DNA of 64,000 nt from Williopsis jadinii (Eukaryota), in the NCBI GenBank assembly GCA_024346625.1, contig AP024665.1, forward strand, positions 1,674,001 to 1,738,000, written 5' to 3'. Under the pieces are notes generated by a model. That model worked only from the letters and a program-made list of their open reading frames with translations. It was not told the DNA's origin and made no database searches. Of the stretch, positions 11,343 through 21,926 are shown piece after piece (position 1 is the stretch's first letter; each line of letters begins with the position of its first letter). Both the position numbers and the translations under genes were made by a program.

Positions 11343-12918
11343 ATGAGCGGTAGAAAGCACAACAAGAGCCAAAGCGCATTTGTAAGTCTCACCCCCAATT
11401 CTCTGTTTATACCGACCAAGTGAACGTGATCTAACTGTAAACAAACAATGGTAACAGGCATTTGACAACACGACAACATCTGTTGCCGCCAGCCAAATGC
11501 GCAACGCTTTGAACAAGCTGGCTGACACTGTGCCATCAGGCGAGGAGAGGGCCAAGTTTGAGAACGAGATGGACTCGTTCTTTGCTCTTTTCAGACGCTA
11601 CTTGAGCGACAAGGCCAGCGGCACTGCGCTCGACTGGGAGAAGATCAGCTCTCCCACGGCGGAAGAGGTTGTTGATTACAAGACGATTGCGGAGCCAACG
11701 GATAACGCGCGCAACTTGGACAAGTTGGCTGTGCTGAAGTTGAACGGTGGGTTGGGTACGTCGATGGGGTGTGTTGGTCCGAAGTCTGTGATTGAGGTTC
11801 GTGACGGGAACACGTTTTTGGATTTGGCTGTGCGCCAGATTGAGTACTTGAACAGACAGTACGACAGTGACGTGCCGTTGTTGTTGATGAACTCGTTCAA
11901 CACGGACGAGGACACGCACAACATCATCAGAAAGTACGGTGGGCACAGAATCAGAATCAAGACGTTCAACCAGTCCAAGTACCCAAGGGTTTTGAAGGAC
12001 TCGCTCTTGCCGGTGCCATCGTCGTACGATGACCCAATCAACTCGTGGTACCCTCCAGGTCACGGTGACTTGTTTGAGTCACTCCACGCGTCTGGTGAGT
12101 TGGATGCGTTGTTGGAACAAGGCAAGGAGATCCTCTTTGTCTCCAACGGTGACAACTTGGGTGCCACCGTTGACGGTAAGATCTTGAACCACATGCTTGA
12201 AACTGGCGCCGAGTACATCATGGAATTGACCGACAAGACCAGAGCAGACGTTAAAGGTGGTACTTTGATCAACTACGGTGGTCAAGTTAGATTGTTGGAA
12301 ATCGCCCAGGTTCCAAAGGAGCACGTTGAGGAGTTCAAATCCATCAAGAAGTTCAAAAACTTCAACACTAATAACTTGTGGATCAACTTGAAGGCCATCA
12401 AGAGATTGATCGAGTCCAATGCGATCCAATCCGAGATCATTCCAAATGGTAAGACCATAACCAACAAGCAAGGCCAAGAGGTTAACGTTTTGCAATTGGA
12501 AACAGCTGTTGGTGCCGCCATCAGACACTTTGACGGCGCCCATGGTGTCGTGGTTCCAAGATCAAGATTTTTGCCAGTTAAAACATGCTCTGATTTGTTG
12601 TTGGTGAAGTCTGACTTGTTCTACTTGGAGCACGGTGCCTTGAGATTGGATCCTTCAAGATTCGGTGCCAACCCATTGATCAAGTTGGGTTCCCACTTCA
12701 AAAAGGTGTCAGACTTCAACTCCAGAGTTGGTCACATCCCTAAGATCTTGGAATTGGACCATTTGACCATCACTGGTAACGTCACCTTGGGTAAAGGCGT
12801 GGTGTTGAAGGGTACCGTGATCATCGTTTGTCAAGACGGCCAGAGAATCGACATTCCAAACGGCTCCGTCTTGGAGAACGTTGTCATCACTGGTAACTTG
12901 ACCATCCTGGAGCACTGA
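11343..12918 (+). CDS. UGP1: UTP-glucose-1-phosphate uridylyltransferase; exon1 11343-11381, intron 11382-11457, exon2 11458-12918
   Basis: [24 protein letters not shown] and RFLPVK motifs. A GTAAGT...GATCTAAC...CAG intron joins [13 protein letters not shown] in frame to [21 protein letters not shown]. Confidence 0.95.
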
Positions 12919-13236
12919 TCTCCGCACTCTTTCCAATTCGTCTGAGTAAATCAAAAAGAAGTTCTTTAGTGGAGCCATATATATAAGTTGTGTTACTTAT
13001 TTCGCTAAAGAAGGGAAAAAAAGATAAAAAAAATCATACCATCAGCACGAACATGTTGATGATAATTTTAAAAGCTTTCTTTTAGCATTGTCAAGATCTG
13101 TTGTATATACCAAAGGGCATTTTTGTTGTAGATTGAAAAAGCGAGAAAACCTGGCCAGCGAGAGGCTTTTTCGATGTTGATGTTGATGCTGATGTTGGAA
13201 CAATAGCGAAGCTCAGCAAGAAAGCATAGACGGACA

Positions 13237-14118
13237 ATGCCACGCTTATCACCGAGCGACGTGGTGAAGGCGAGGAAGATATCAAAACTCCTTCCATTAG
13301 TGCTGAGCCACACGAGGTCGCTAGACCTCGCTAGTAGAGAGCTGGGGTGGATCCAGTTGGAGTTGCCGAAAGATCGATGGCTGGAAGCCTGTAGACAGAG
13401 AAGTCGAGGAAGGCCGTTACAGTACATCCTAGGCTCCCAGCCCTTTGGAGAGCTGGATGTTAAGTGCAGAGAAGGCGTGTTGATACCGCGATGGGAAACA
13501 GAGGAGTGGGTGTTGAAGTTGTGTAACGCCATTGGAGGTGTTGACAAGAGGTTCAGAGCGATGGATATATGCTGTGGTACCGGGTGTATCGCGCTGACGT
13601 TGAAGAGGCAGCTGGGTTGTGAGGTTGTCGGTGTTGATATCAGCGAGGAGGCGTTGGAGCTGAGCCGGGAGAATTCGTTACGAAATGGTGTGGAGGTGCA
13701 GTTCATGAGGTGTGATGTGCTGAGCGGTGATGCTGGTGATGTGCTGAGCGCTGCTGGTGATCCATTGAGCGCTGGTGCCGCCCAGCGGTTCGACCTCATA
13801 GTCTCAAACCCTCCGTACATCTCCATGGACGACTACACGAGCAGCGAGGTTGCCAAGTCGGTAAAGCTCTACGAACCGCAATTGGCATTGGTTGGTGGCG
13901 GCGAGTTCTACCGTGCGCTGGCTGATATCGTACAGAGAACCAAGGCCAAGGGGTTCGTGTTCGAGCTTGGCTATGAATGGCAGTACGAAACTACAAGGCA
14001 ATGCTTGCCTGCTGCGCAATGGGAATGTTCGTTATACTATGACTCTAATGGGAAGCCCAGATGTGTTGTTGGATGGATGAAGCACAACTCGTTGGCTCAG
14101 CTATCAACACTTTGCTGA
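13237..14118 (+). CDS. MTQ1: Mitochondrial release-factor glutamine methyltransferase (HemK/PrmC family)
   Basis: PLQYILGSQPFG, VLIPRWETE, DICCGTGCI and SNPPY motifs. Adjacent to GCD10-NOP2-ARP5 as in S. cerevisiae. Confidence 0.9.
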   Translation: MPRLSPSDVVKARKISKLLPLVLSHTRSLDLASRELGWIQLELPKDRWLEACRQRSRGRPLQYILGSQPFGELDVKCREGVLIPRWETEEWVLKLCNAIGGVDKRFRAMDICCGTGCIALTLKRQLGCEVVGVDISEEALELSRENSLRNGVEVQFMRCDVLSGDAGDVLSAAGDPLSAGAAQRFDLIVSNPPYISMDDYTSSEVAKSVKLYEPQLALVGGGEFYRALADIVQRTKAKGFVFELGYEWQYETTRQCLPAAQWECSLYYDSNGKPRCVVGWMKHNSLAQLSTLC

Positions 14119-15431
14119 TCATCAATCTTTCTCTTTTTGATGCCTCTGCCCACGGCCTGGACACCCTCTTGTAACGGGAACACTCTGATGGCGTGGAAGA
14201 GGTAGCCACCGCCTCCTTTCATGGTCATGAGCGGATGTAGTCTACCGATTATGGTCTGGTATGGTCGACATCTGGTCTCGTGAAGAGTTGGAGCCAATAG
14301 CTCAAGATTTTGCATCGATTCCACTTGCGTTTCCACCAATGGCTCCTTATACTGTGAGTACACAACAATTGGTCTTGAGCCACCAACCTTGGCGATCATC
14401 TTCTTAACAAGTGTTGGCGTGTATAACGTTGAAACGATGATCAAGGCATCAAAGTCACCCTTCACGGCGTTGTCAATTGCATCGTTGATTTGAATGGCAT
14501 TGTCCCTTCTTCTATAGTAGTGGGCCTTTTTGCTAGATTTCATCTCTTCAATCTCCTGTTGTGATAGATCGTTCCATTGGACTCGCTCATCCTCTGGCTC
14601 AAAGAATTGGAGTAAGTTGATGGTCTTCACCATTCTGTCGATCACAGAAGGTTCGAAATTGGAGTACTTTAGAGCACTGTGATTTGGATGCTCGTTCTCA
14701 TGAACAACCAACAACTCACCAGAGCCTCTCATACGATCCAGCAGGGCATTCACAATGACACCACCAGTTTCATCAATGACTAGATAACGGCCACCAGGCT
14801 GGACATTGGCGAGCGAGAGCAATAATCCCATGGACTCCTCACTCATATCAAGCACCTTTGTAGGGTCCTTCTCGAGGAAGTATTGCAGTAGTTGTGAGGG
14901 TCCCAGCAGATCGACAGTAAACCTTCTGAGGAACTTCTGTTGCTTTCTTCTAAGGTATTTCTCCTGGGAGTGCTTGGTCTTTTGGGAGAAATTGACATGG
15001 GACTTAATCAGCTTGTCGATGATCGCTTCACCAATATTGGCACCATTAGATGTTTTCTTCAATGTTTCGATCTCCTCTTGGGTCAACTCTTGTGTAGCAT
15101 TACCGATATCAACGAGATCTCTATTGGTCTCAGACGATTCAACGTCCAATTGTTTAAGATATTGGATCTTTTCCTTTAGTGAGTCGTCCTGCTCATCGTC
15201 TTCCAGCTCCACCAACGAGCCCTGGATAGGACGAACGTTGTTGTCGTCAAGGATTTCAAATGACTGGCCGTATGGAAACCCGACGATCTGATCAACGGCA
15301 AAGGTACCGAATTTACCTAATTTAACAATACCTTGAGGTCTTATTTCCACTATTTTGATGCCTTCTGAAGGTAGACGGATGAGACAAAACTGATGGTATT
15401 GGACAGTTGTCTGTCTCTTTATGAAAGTCAT
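14097..15431 (-). CDS. GCD10: tRNA m1A58 methyltransferase non-catalytic subunit (Trm6)
   Basis: LGKFGTF, SQEKYLRRKQQKF and GRLHPLMTMKGGGGY motifs. Confidence 0.93.
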   Translation of the reverse strand: MTFIKRQTTVQYHQFCLIRLPSEGIKIVEIRPQGIVKLGKFGTFAVDQIVGFPYGQSFEILDDNNVRPIQGSLVELEDDEQDDSLKEKIQYLKQLDVESSETNRDLVDIGNATQELTQEEIETLKKTSNGANIGEAIIDKLIKSHVNFSQKTKHSQEKYLRRKQQKFLRRFTVDLLGPSQLLQYFLEKDPTKVLDMSEESMGLLLSLANVQPGGRYLVIDETGGVIVNALLDRMRGSGELLVVHENEHPNHSALKYSNFEPSVIDRMVKTINLLQFFEPEDERVQWNDLSQQEIEEMKSSKKAHYYRRRDNAIQINDAIDNAVKGDFDALIIVSTLYTPTLVKKMIAKVGGSRPIVVYSQYKEPLVETQVESMQNLELLAPTLHETRCRPYQTIIGRLHPLMTMKGGGGYLFHAIRVFPLQEGVQAVGRGIKKRKIDDQQSVDS

Positions 15432-15552
15432 TTGTCCTTATCCTCAATGTCTTTCGTCCTTAATGTTGTTTGATATCTTTGTCCCAAATGTCTCTGTCCT
15501 TAATGTCTTTGTCCCAATTTACTCTTTAATGTCATTAGTCTTTAATGTCCAA
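15432..15552. repeat. Degenerate ~15-bp minisatellite (AATGTCTTTGTCCTT-like) in the GCD10 5' leader
   Basis: Repeated imperfect TGTCTTTGTCC / TTAATGTC units are visible by eye. Confidence 0.55.
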
Positions 15553-15569
15553 TTTAGAAATCTGCCTCG

Positions 15570-15631
15570 AGAAAATTTTCCGATGCGATGAGATGAGCTG
15601 CAGAGAGACAAAAAAATCTTGAAAACTTTTC
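15570..15631. promoter_or_regulatory. RRPE + PAC ribosome-biogenesis elements in the divergent GCD10/NOP2 promoter
   Basis: GAAAATTTT followed by GATGCGATGAGATGAG, then TGAAAACTTTT. Confidence 0.85.
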
Positions 15632-15682
15632 ACTCCACTAACTATTTAAAAGTACAAAGCATAAGTAAACAAGAAAAAAACA

Positions 15683-17539
15683 ATGGGAAGTAGAAGACAT
15701 AAGAACAAACAAGCTGACCCACCTTCATTTGAAGAGTTCACACAGAAGAAGGGCAGAAAGAGATCAAACTCTGAATCTCAGGAGTCTCTCAATAAGAAGT
15801 CCAAGGGCGTGGAAAAGTCCAAGGGAGTGGAAAAGTCCAAGGGAGTGGAAAAGACAAAGAAGAAGTCAAAGAAGTTGAATGAAGAGGAAGAAGAGTTGTT
15901 GAGGCTCAAAGAGGAAGAAGCCAAATTGCCAGAGGTTGATTTGGAAGAGTTGTCAAGTGCAAAAAAGTCGTTGTTCGATGATTCTGAAGACGAAGTTGGC
16001 GATGATGATGAGTTTGACGTTGAAGATGAAGCAGGCGACGAGTTCTATGACTCCGATGAAGAAACTCGTGCTCAACCTATGTTTTCAGATGATGATGACG
16101 ATGAGGATCTTGAGACACTGAATGCTGCTAACATGGAAGCACTCTCCGCAAGACTCGATGAGGAAGCTGCACAGGAAGAAATGGACGCAGAGGAAGAACT
16201 GTTACAGACAAACATTGCACAACCAAGAGCTAAAATCCTTCCAAATGAAGAAGAGCTGGCACTGGAGTCTCAAGGGCCAAAGGACTTGACCGTGCTACGT
16301 ACAAGAATGATTGAGTTGGTCAAAGTATTGGAAGATTTCAAGAATCTGGCCGAGGAGGGAAGATCAAGACAAGAATACACAGATAGACTCCTACAGGATA
16401 TTTGTGACTATTTCGGCTACTCTCAGTTCTTAGCAGAGAAACTGTTTAACTTGTTCTCTCCATCTGAAGCTATGGAGTTCTTCGAAGCCAATGAGATTGC
16501 AAGACCAATAACAATCAGAACAAACACCTTGAAGACCAGACGTCGTGACTTGGCACAGACCTTGGTCAACCGTGGTGTTAACTTACAGCCAATTGGACCA
16601 TGGACCAAGGTTGGTTTGCAAATCTTTGATTCCCAGGTTCCAATTGGTGCTACTCCTGAATACCTAGCAGGTCATTACATCCTTCAGGCTGCGTCTTCGT
16701 TCTTGCCTGTTATGGCTTTAGCTCCTCAGGAAAACGAGAGAGTGTTGGATATGGCTGCTGCTCCAGGTGGTAAAACCACCTACTTGGCTGCATTGATGAA
16801 GAATACCGGCTGTATCTTCGCCAATGATTCCAACAAGGCTAGAACTAAGTCATTGATTGCAAATATCCATCGTTTGGGATGCACAAACACAATCGTATGT
16901 AATTATGATGCTAGAGAGTTCCCAAAGGTCATTGGTGGCTTCGACAGAGTCCTATTAGATGCCCCATGTTCAGGTACAGGTGTTATTGCTAAGGATGAAT
17001 CTGTCAAGGTGTCCAGAACTGAGAAAGATTTCATTCAGATCCCGCATCTACAGAAACAGCTGTTGTTGAGTGCCATCGATTCGGTGGATGCTAACTCTCC
17101 AACAGGTGGTTATATCGTCTATTCTACTTGTTCCATAATGGTTGAAGAGAATGAAGCTGTTGTCGATTATGCCTTGAGAAAGCGTCCAAATGTTAAGCTC
17201 GTCGAGACCGGCCTGGAGATTGGTAAGGAGGGCTTCACAAGCTTTAGAGGGAAGACCTTCAACCCAAAGGTGAAGTTGACCAGACGTTATTACCCACATA
17301 CCTACAACGTGGATGGCTTCTATGTTGCAAAGTTCAAGAAGATTGCTACGAGTCCTCATGATGTTTCAAAAGCAGGTGCAAAGGAGAAGGAGAACGCTGC
17401 CAGAGCCGAAGAGGAGGAAGAATCCCTTATCCACGGTGACTTTGCAACATTCGATGATGAAGAAGATACTCAGTTCATCGAAAAGTCTAAGAAGAGACAC
17501 TTTAAAAAGAAAGGTATTAACCCACAGTCACAGAAGTAA
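15683..17539 (+). CDS. NOP2: 25S rRNA m5C methyltransferase Nop2
   Basis: LDMAAAPGGKT, LLDAPCSGTG and VYSTCS motifs. The acidic N-terminus has an 18-bp (KSKGVE)x3 repeat at ~15797-15853. Confidence 0.97.
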   Translation: MGSRRHKNKQADPPSFEEFTQKKGRKRSNSESQESLNKKSKGVEKSKGVEKSKGVEKTKKKSKKLNEEEEELLRLKEEEAKLPEVDLEELSSAKKSLFDDSEDEVGDDDEFDVEDEAGDEFYDSDEETRAQPMFSDDDDDEDLETLNAANMEALSARLDEEAAQEEMDAEEELLQTNIAQPRAKILPNEEELALESQGPKDLTVLRTRMIELVKVLEDFKNLAEEGRSRQEYTDRLLQDICDYFGYSQFLAEKLFNLFSPSEAMEFFEANEIARPITIRTNTLKTRRRDLAQTLVNRGVNLQPIGPWTKVGLQIFDSQVPIGATPEYLAGHYILQAASSFLPVMALAPQENERVLDMAAAPGGKTTYLAALMKNTGCIFANDSNKARTKSLIANIHRLGCTNTIVCNYDAREFPKVIGGFDRVLLDAPCSGTGVIAKDESVKVSRTEKDFIQIPHLQKQLLLSAIDSVDANSPTGGYIVYSTCSIMVEENEAVVDYALRKRPNVKLVETGLEIGKEGFTSFRGKTFNPKVKLTRRYYPHTYNVDGFYVAKFKKIATSPHDVSKAGAKEKENAARAEEEEESLIHGDFATFDDEEDTQFIEKSKKRHFKKKGINPQSQK

Positions 17540-17591
17540 TCGTTCCATAGCTTTGTACACTATACAATTATACTATAAAAGCATCTAGTTC

Positions 17592-19814
17592 TTACTCTTG
17601 TATGACGTTAACGTTACCGAGACGGTGTTCCTTGATGTAGTCAGGCCCCATCTCATCATACTCAGCTTTGGTCAAGTAGCTATCCTTAGATTCGTCGGAC
17701 AACCCCCATTTGGCCATGCCTCTCCAAGCATCGCACAATGGATCGTTGGCCAATCTAACCTTGAGAGGTGCCCCGGAAGGTAGGAAAGACTTGAACTCAG
17801 AGTGTAGCCTATCATCAAAGTTCTGGAACAAGGCCTGACCACCAGTCGCAAAGATATCCTGTAGGACGTTATAGCTGTCACCAGAAAATCCACTACCACT
17901 GAGTCTATTCAGTAAGATGTTTTCACCAATTTCAACAACACTGGCTTGATCAATACCAGCCATTGTAGGTTGGAATATAACCTCTGGTATACGAATCCTC
18001 TCAACGTTCAAGTGCACTTGATGATTTTCATGTGAATCCTCAGAGTTGAACGGTCTTGGGCCTCTAAGGAACCTGTGAAGGATACTCTTTCTCCAGTCAA
18101 ATTGAGCTTCTAGAGTGTCTTCCTCCGTGAAATTTGGATCATATTCCAGAAGCTCCTTTTCCAGCTTTAATATCTCTTGATCTTCTTCCTCAATGATCTC
18201 TTCATCATCCACGGTAGAGATATCCCTGTAGATGGCCCAGTCGTCATCATTAGCACCAAAGGTATCGTTTGGATCGTTGTCGATGGTGGCACCGTTTCTC
18301 TTTCTCTTCGCACCACTCGAACGGACAGTTTCGTCTGCTGCTAAAGATGCTATACTCTTCATACGCATCTGTGCAGCCAGCGATTTCCTGTCACTTAGTT
18401 GTTCTTTCAACTTTTGTCTATCTTTTCTTCTCTGTAAGATGGCTTTCAGCTTCTCACGACGGTCATGGATCCACCCACCAAGGTCGTTCTCACGCCATTC
18501 TGCATCCTTTTTAGCCTCTTCCGCAACTCTGACCTTTTCATCTTCCTTCTCTTGCTTAGCACGTTGGCGAGCATCATAGTTTGCCTTCATAAGCTTCTGT
18601 TTCCTTTTCTCTTTGAGCTGTTCTTCATCCAACTGGTCATCTGGAACCTCCAATAGTGGGAAAGTTGGCTCTTCCTCAGGCTCGTCACCAACGTCCTGCT
18701 TACGGGCCCTTCTTAACGAGTTCTCGAGACTTGCAATGTATTTGTTCAGGTCTCTTTCGTCTTCAAAGCCTTCATCCTTTATAGTTGAAGCCTGTAGTTT
18801 TTTGTTCATGGTGGTCAACTTCTGCTTCAGTTGGGTATAATATTCATGCTCTTGTTCCTTTTGAATCAATTTCTCCAATCTCTTCTGTTGAGCCTGTTCC
18901 TGTAGTCTTCTACCACTCTCTTTACGCTTTTCAGCTTGACGAGCCAGTTCTTCAGGCGACTTCTGCTGCTTTTCAACTTCAACAAAGGGTGCTTCACAAG
19001 TGATGTCTTTCTCTTCCAGCACGTCGAGATTAAGCATGTCGCTCAGCTCCTTTTGATAGTCCTTAGACACATAGCAGAAGTCTTTGACCATGTTATCGAC
19101 TTGATAACTGGTTATCTTTGTAGGGAAATATGGATATTTCAGAGCAAGCAGACTGTTTAGATAGTTTGAAGCTTGATGACCTCCCCAATTCACTCTCTTG
19201 GACTCAGACATCACAGCCTTACCGTTTATCACGGGGAAGACGTGTGTCGTTTCATGGCCTGTGCCTATGACAAGACCATTGTTACCACCATTTTGGTAAT
19301 ATGAGAACAAACTATCGATTCCCAGGCACACCTTTTGAGCTCCATACGACTCGTACAGCACTTCGTACATCCCCTTTCTCTGTAGAAGAGAGGCACCCGG
19401 TCTTTCAGTGAGTATCAATGGGTTATCAACAAAGCCCTGTGAGTCAACTCCGAGATGTCTGAAGGTATAATCAAGAATATTCTCGACGTAATCCCAATTG
19501 GTTATAAAGGCCCCGTCGTATGGCGATCTGGCCTGTGACTTGACTGAGGGATCCAGCAGCACATCATTACCAACGTATACCGACGACTTGCCGGTCTTAC
19601 GGTCTCTGTATCTGGACATGATCGTCGGGAAGTTCAGGAAGGGGTCCTTTTCAGTGACCAGCCCGGCCCGAATCGTCGAGGAGCCAAAGTCAATAGCTAT
19701 TGGAACACCTGTTTGATACCCTGTTGAGAACCTCTCCGGAGTCTGCGACTCGGCATCTTTCAATTCAAAGATCTTCCTTTTGGCCAGCTCTGCATCTCTT
19801 GGTGTGGCAGTCAT
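17592..19814 (-). CDS. ARP5: Actin-related protein Arp5 (INO80 complex)
   Basis: IAIDFGS, the Arp5 insertion DTFGANDDDWAIY, and the C-terminal YIKEHRLGN. Confidence 0.95.
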   Translation of the reverse strand: MTATPRDAELAKRKIFELKDAESQTPERFSTGYQTGVPIAIDFGSSTIRAGLVTEKDPFLNFPTIMSRYRDRKTGKSSVYVGNDVLLDPSVKSQARSPYDGAFITNWDYVENILDYTFRHLGVDSQGFVDNPLILTERPGASLLQRKGMYEVLYESYGAQKVCLGIDSLFSYYQNGGNNGLVIGTGHETTHVFPVINGKAVMSESKRVNWGGHQASNYLNSLLALKYPYFPTKITSYQVDNMVKDFCYVSKDYQKELSDMLNLDVLEEKDITCEAPFVEVEKQQKSPEELARQAEKRKESGRRLQEQAQQKRLEKLIQKEQEHEYYTQLKQKLTTMNKKLQASTIKDEGFEDERDLNKYIASLENSLRRARKQDVGDEPEEEPTFPLLEVPDDQLDEEQLKEKRKQKLMKANYDARQRAKQEKEDEKVRVAEEAKKDAEWRENDLGGWIHDRREKLKAILQRRKDRQKLKEQLSDRKSLAAQMRMKSIASLAADETVRSSGAKRKRNGATIDNDPNDTFGANDDDWAIYRDISTVDDEEIIEEEDQEILKLEKELLEYDPNFTEEDTLEAQFDWRKSILHRFLRGPRPFNSEDSHENHQVHLNVERIRIPEVIFQPTMAGIDQASVVEIGENILLNRLSGSGFSGDSYNVLQDIFATGGQALFQNFDDRLHSEFKSFLPSGAPLKVRLANDPLCDAWRGMAKWGLSDESKDSYLTKAEYDEMGPDYIKEHRLGNVNVIQE

Positions 19815-20120
19815 ACTCTCACTCCTTGTACACGATTGATTGATTGTGACGGTATGTTGTAAGGAATCATCATGGGCCTTCTGTTAAAAAAAGTGGTTGA
19901 TCGAGGAGGTTATGATAACACCCGGACACCTATTAATCCGGACACCTCACAACCGGACACCACACCCGCGAACCCGTTTTATAAAAAGCCACGTCCACGG
20001 GCGTGGCCTTAGCGGTGGCTTTGGCCGAGGAGCGTGGGTGGGCCATAACTGCGTTTGGTTATTTGATCTATTTCTCCCTTTTATCCCATCATCACTCGTC
20101 AAAACATAACGGATAAAGAT

Positions 20121-21809
20121 ATGACAGACATCAATCACGATAAGTTCACTGAATTGTTCAAACGGTAAGTTCATGCCACAGTTGTGGAGCTCAAAGGTTT
20201 TGCTCGTCGCACTAACAGGGTGTACAGTCTTGAGAAGGCCACCAATGCGTTAGAGGGCATTGTTGAAAGAAACACTGGTGCTGGTGCTGGTGAAGGTGTT
20301 GTGGGTAGTGTTCAATCGGCTGGTCAAGCTGCCGGTGTTTCCGTGGCTGGTACCACAATCAGTGATGTCGATGCATCTTCAGCATCTGTCAACGTTGTCG
20401 AGGAGACCCCTTCTACGAAGGGTTTCAACGAATTCTTGGAGTTGTACGTTGAGCCGTTTGCCTCGCTGTCCCAGGAGATTGACCCAATTGTTGGCGAACA
20501 AGCGAATTCTCTGGCAAGAGCGTTCAAAGAACAACTCAGTTTCATCAAAGCAGCTGCGGTTTCGAAGAAACCTGACTTCTCTCGCCCAGAGAATGCCTCT
20601 TTGCTCTCTTCTCTGCAAGCAACCATTGCTTCCATCAACGATTTCAAAGATGCCAACAGAAAATCTGAGTATTTCTCCCATCTCAATGCAATTGCAGAGG
20701 GTACAGGTGTGCTGAGTTGGTTCTTGACCGAGACTCCAGTGTCTTTTATCCCAGACATCAAGGATTCAGCCACCTTCTGGACCAATAAGGTGTTGAAGGA
20801 GTTCAAAGAGAAGGATGCCAACACAACTGAATGGGTTAAACAGTATCTGAGTATCTTTGATGGGTTGAAGCTGTACGTCAAGCAATATCACAGCACAGGG
20901 CTGACATATAATGCCCAAGGTGGTGATTTTGCAACCAACTTGAAACAACAGGAACAACATTCCTCTTCTGCTTCAACCACTGAGCGTAACTCCACTGTTG
21001 CACCAGCATCCTCAGGTGCACCACCACCACCACCACCAGGTGCTGGTGGTCCTCCTCCTCCTCCTCCTCCACCTCCAGCAAACATCTTTGACGATGTCAA
21101 GTCCTCATCGACGGATTCTGCTCCAGCAGCTGGTATCAATGCCGTGTTTGCTGAGCTGAACCAAGGCGAAGGCATCACAAAGGGATTGAAGAAGGTTGAC
21201 AAGTCCCAGATGACCCACAAGAACCCCGAATTGCGTCAATCCTCTGTCGTTCGTGCACCATCTGCTGGTGGTAAGAAGTCACCTCCAGTTCCAAAGAAGC
21301 CTTCAGCGTTGTCTTTGAAACCAAAACCAGAGCCTATCATCGAGCTTCAGGATTCTAAATGGATAGTTAAGAACGTTGAAGGTAAGCACGACATTGTTAT
21401 TGACGGTGAAATGTCACAGTCAGTCTTCATTGGTGATTGTAAGGAAGTCACCGTCCAAGTTAAGGGTAAAGTCAATGCGATTTCCCTTTCATCAACTTTG
21501 AAGACCGCAATTGTTGTCGATTCTCTTGTCTCTGGTATCGACATTGTCAACTCCAAGAAGTTTGGTATTCAAATCATTGAAAAGGTTCCACAGATCTCTA
21601 TCGATAAGAGTGACGAGGGTCAAATTTACTTGTCAAAGACATCGCTGGAGACCGAGGTTTACACAAGCTCGACAACCTCGTTGAACATCAACGTTCCACA
21701 AGCTGAAGAAGGTGGTGATTTCAAAGAGCTTTCGATCCCAGAACAGTTCAAACATACGTTCAACGAAAAAGGTGAAGTTTCCAGTACCATCGTTGAACAT
21801 GCTGGCTAA
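20121..21809 (+). CDS. SRV2: Adenylyl cyclase-associated protein; exon1 20121-20164, intron 20165-20227
   Basis: Splicing GTAAGT...ACTAAC...CAG restores the N-terminal KRLEKATNALE motif. Also has poly-Pro, the WH2 motif GLKKVDKSQMTHKNPELR and a CARP C-terminus ending VEHAG. Confidence 0.93.
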
Positions 21810-21926
21810 CCTGAAATAGCTAGGATACATATACGCCAACACACACGATTTAGAAAGACTGCTTTTTGTATTATGTATGTACAGAACTCTTGATTTATCT
21901 ATATATCGTAGAGGATTTCTTGACGT

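Noticed and set aside
1813..12918. Alternative CUG genetic code
   Set aside because: CTG occupies conserved Leu positions (SMC1 SFVLG, UGP1 AVLKLNGG).
13068..13826. 252-aa ORF antisense to MTQ1
   Set aside because: Ser/Pro-rich shadow of a GC-rich gene with no recognisable motifs.
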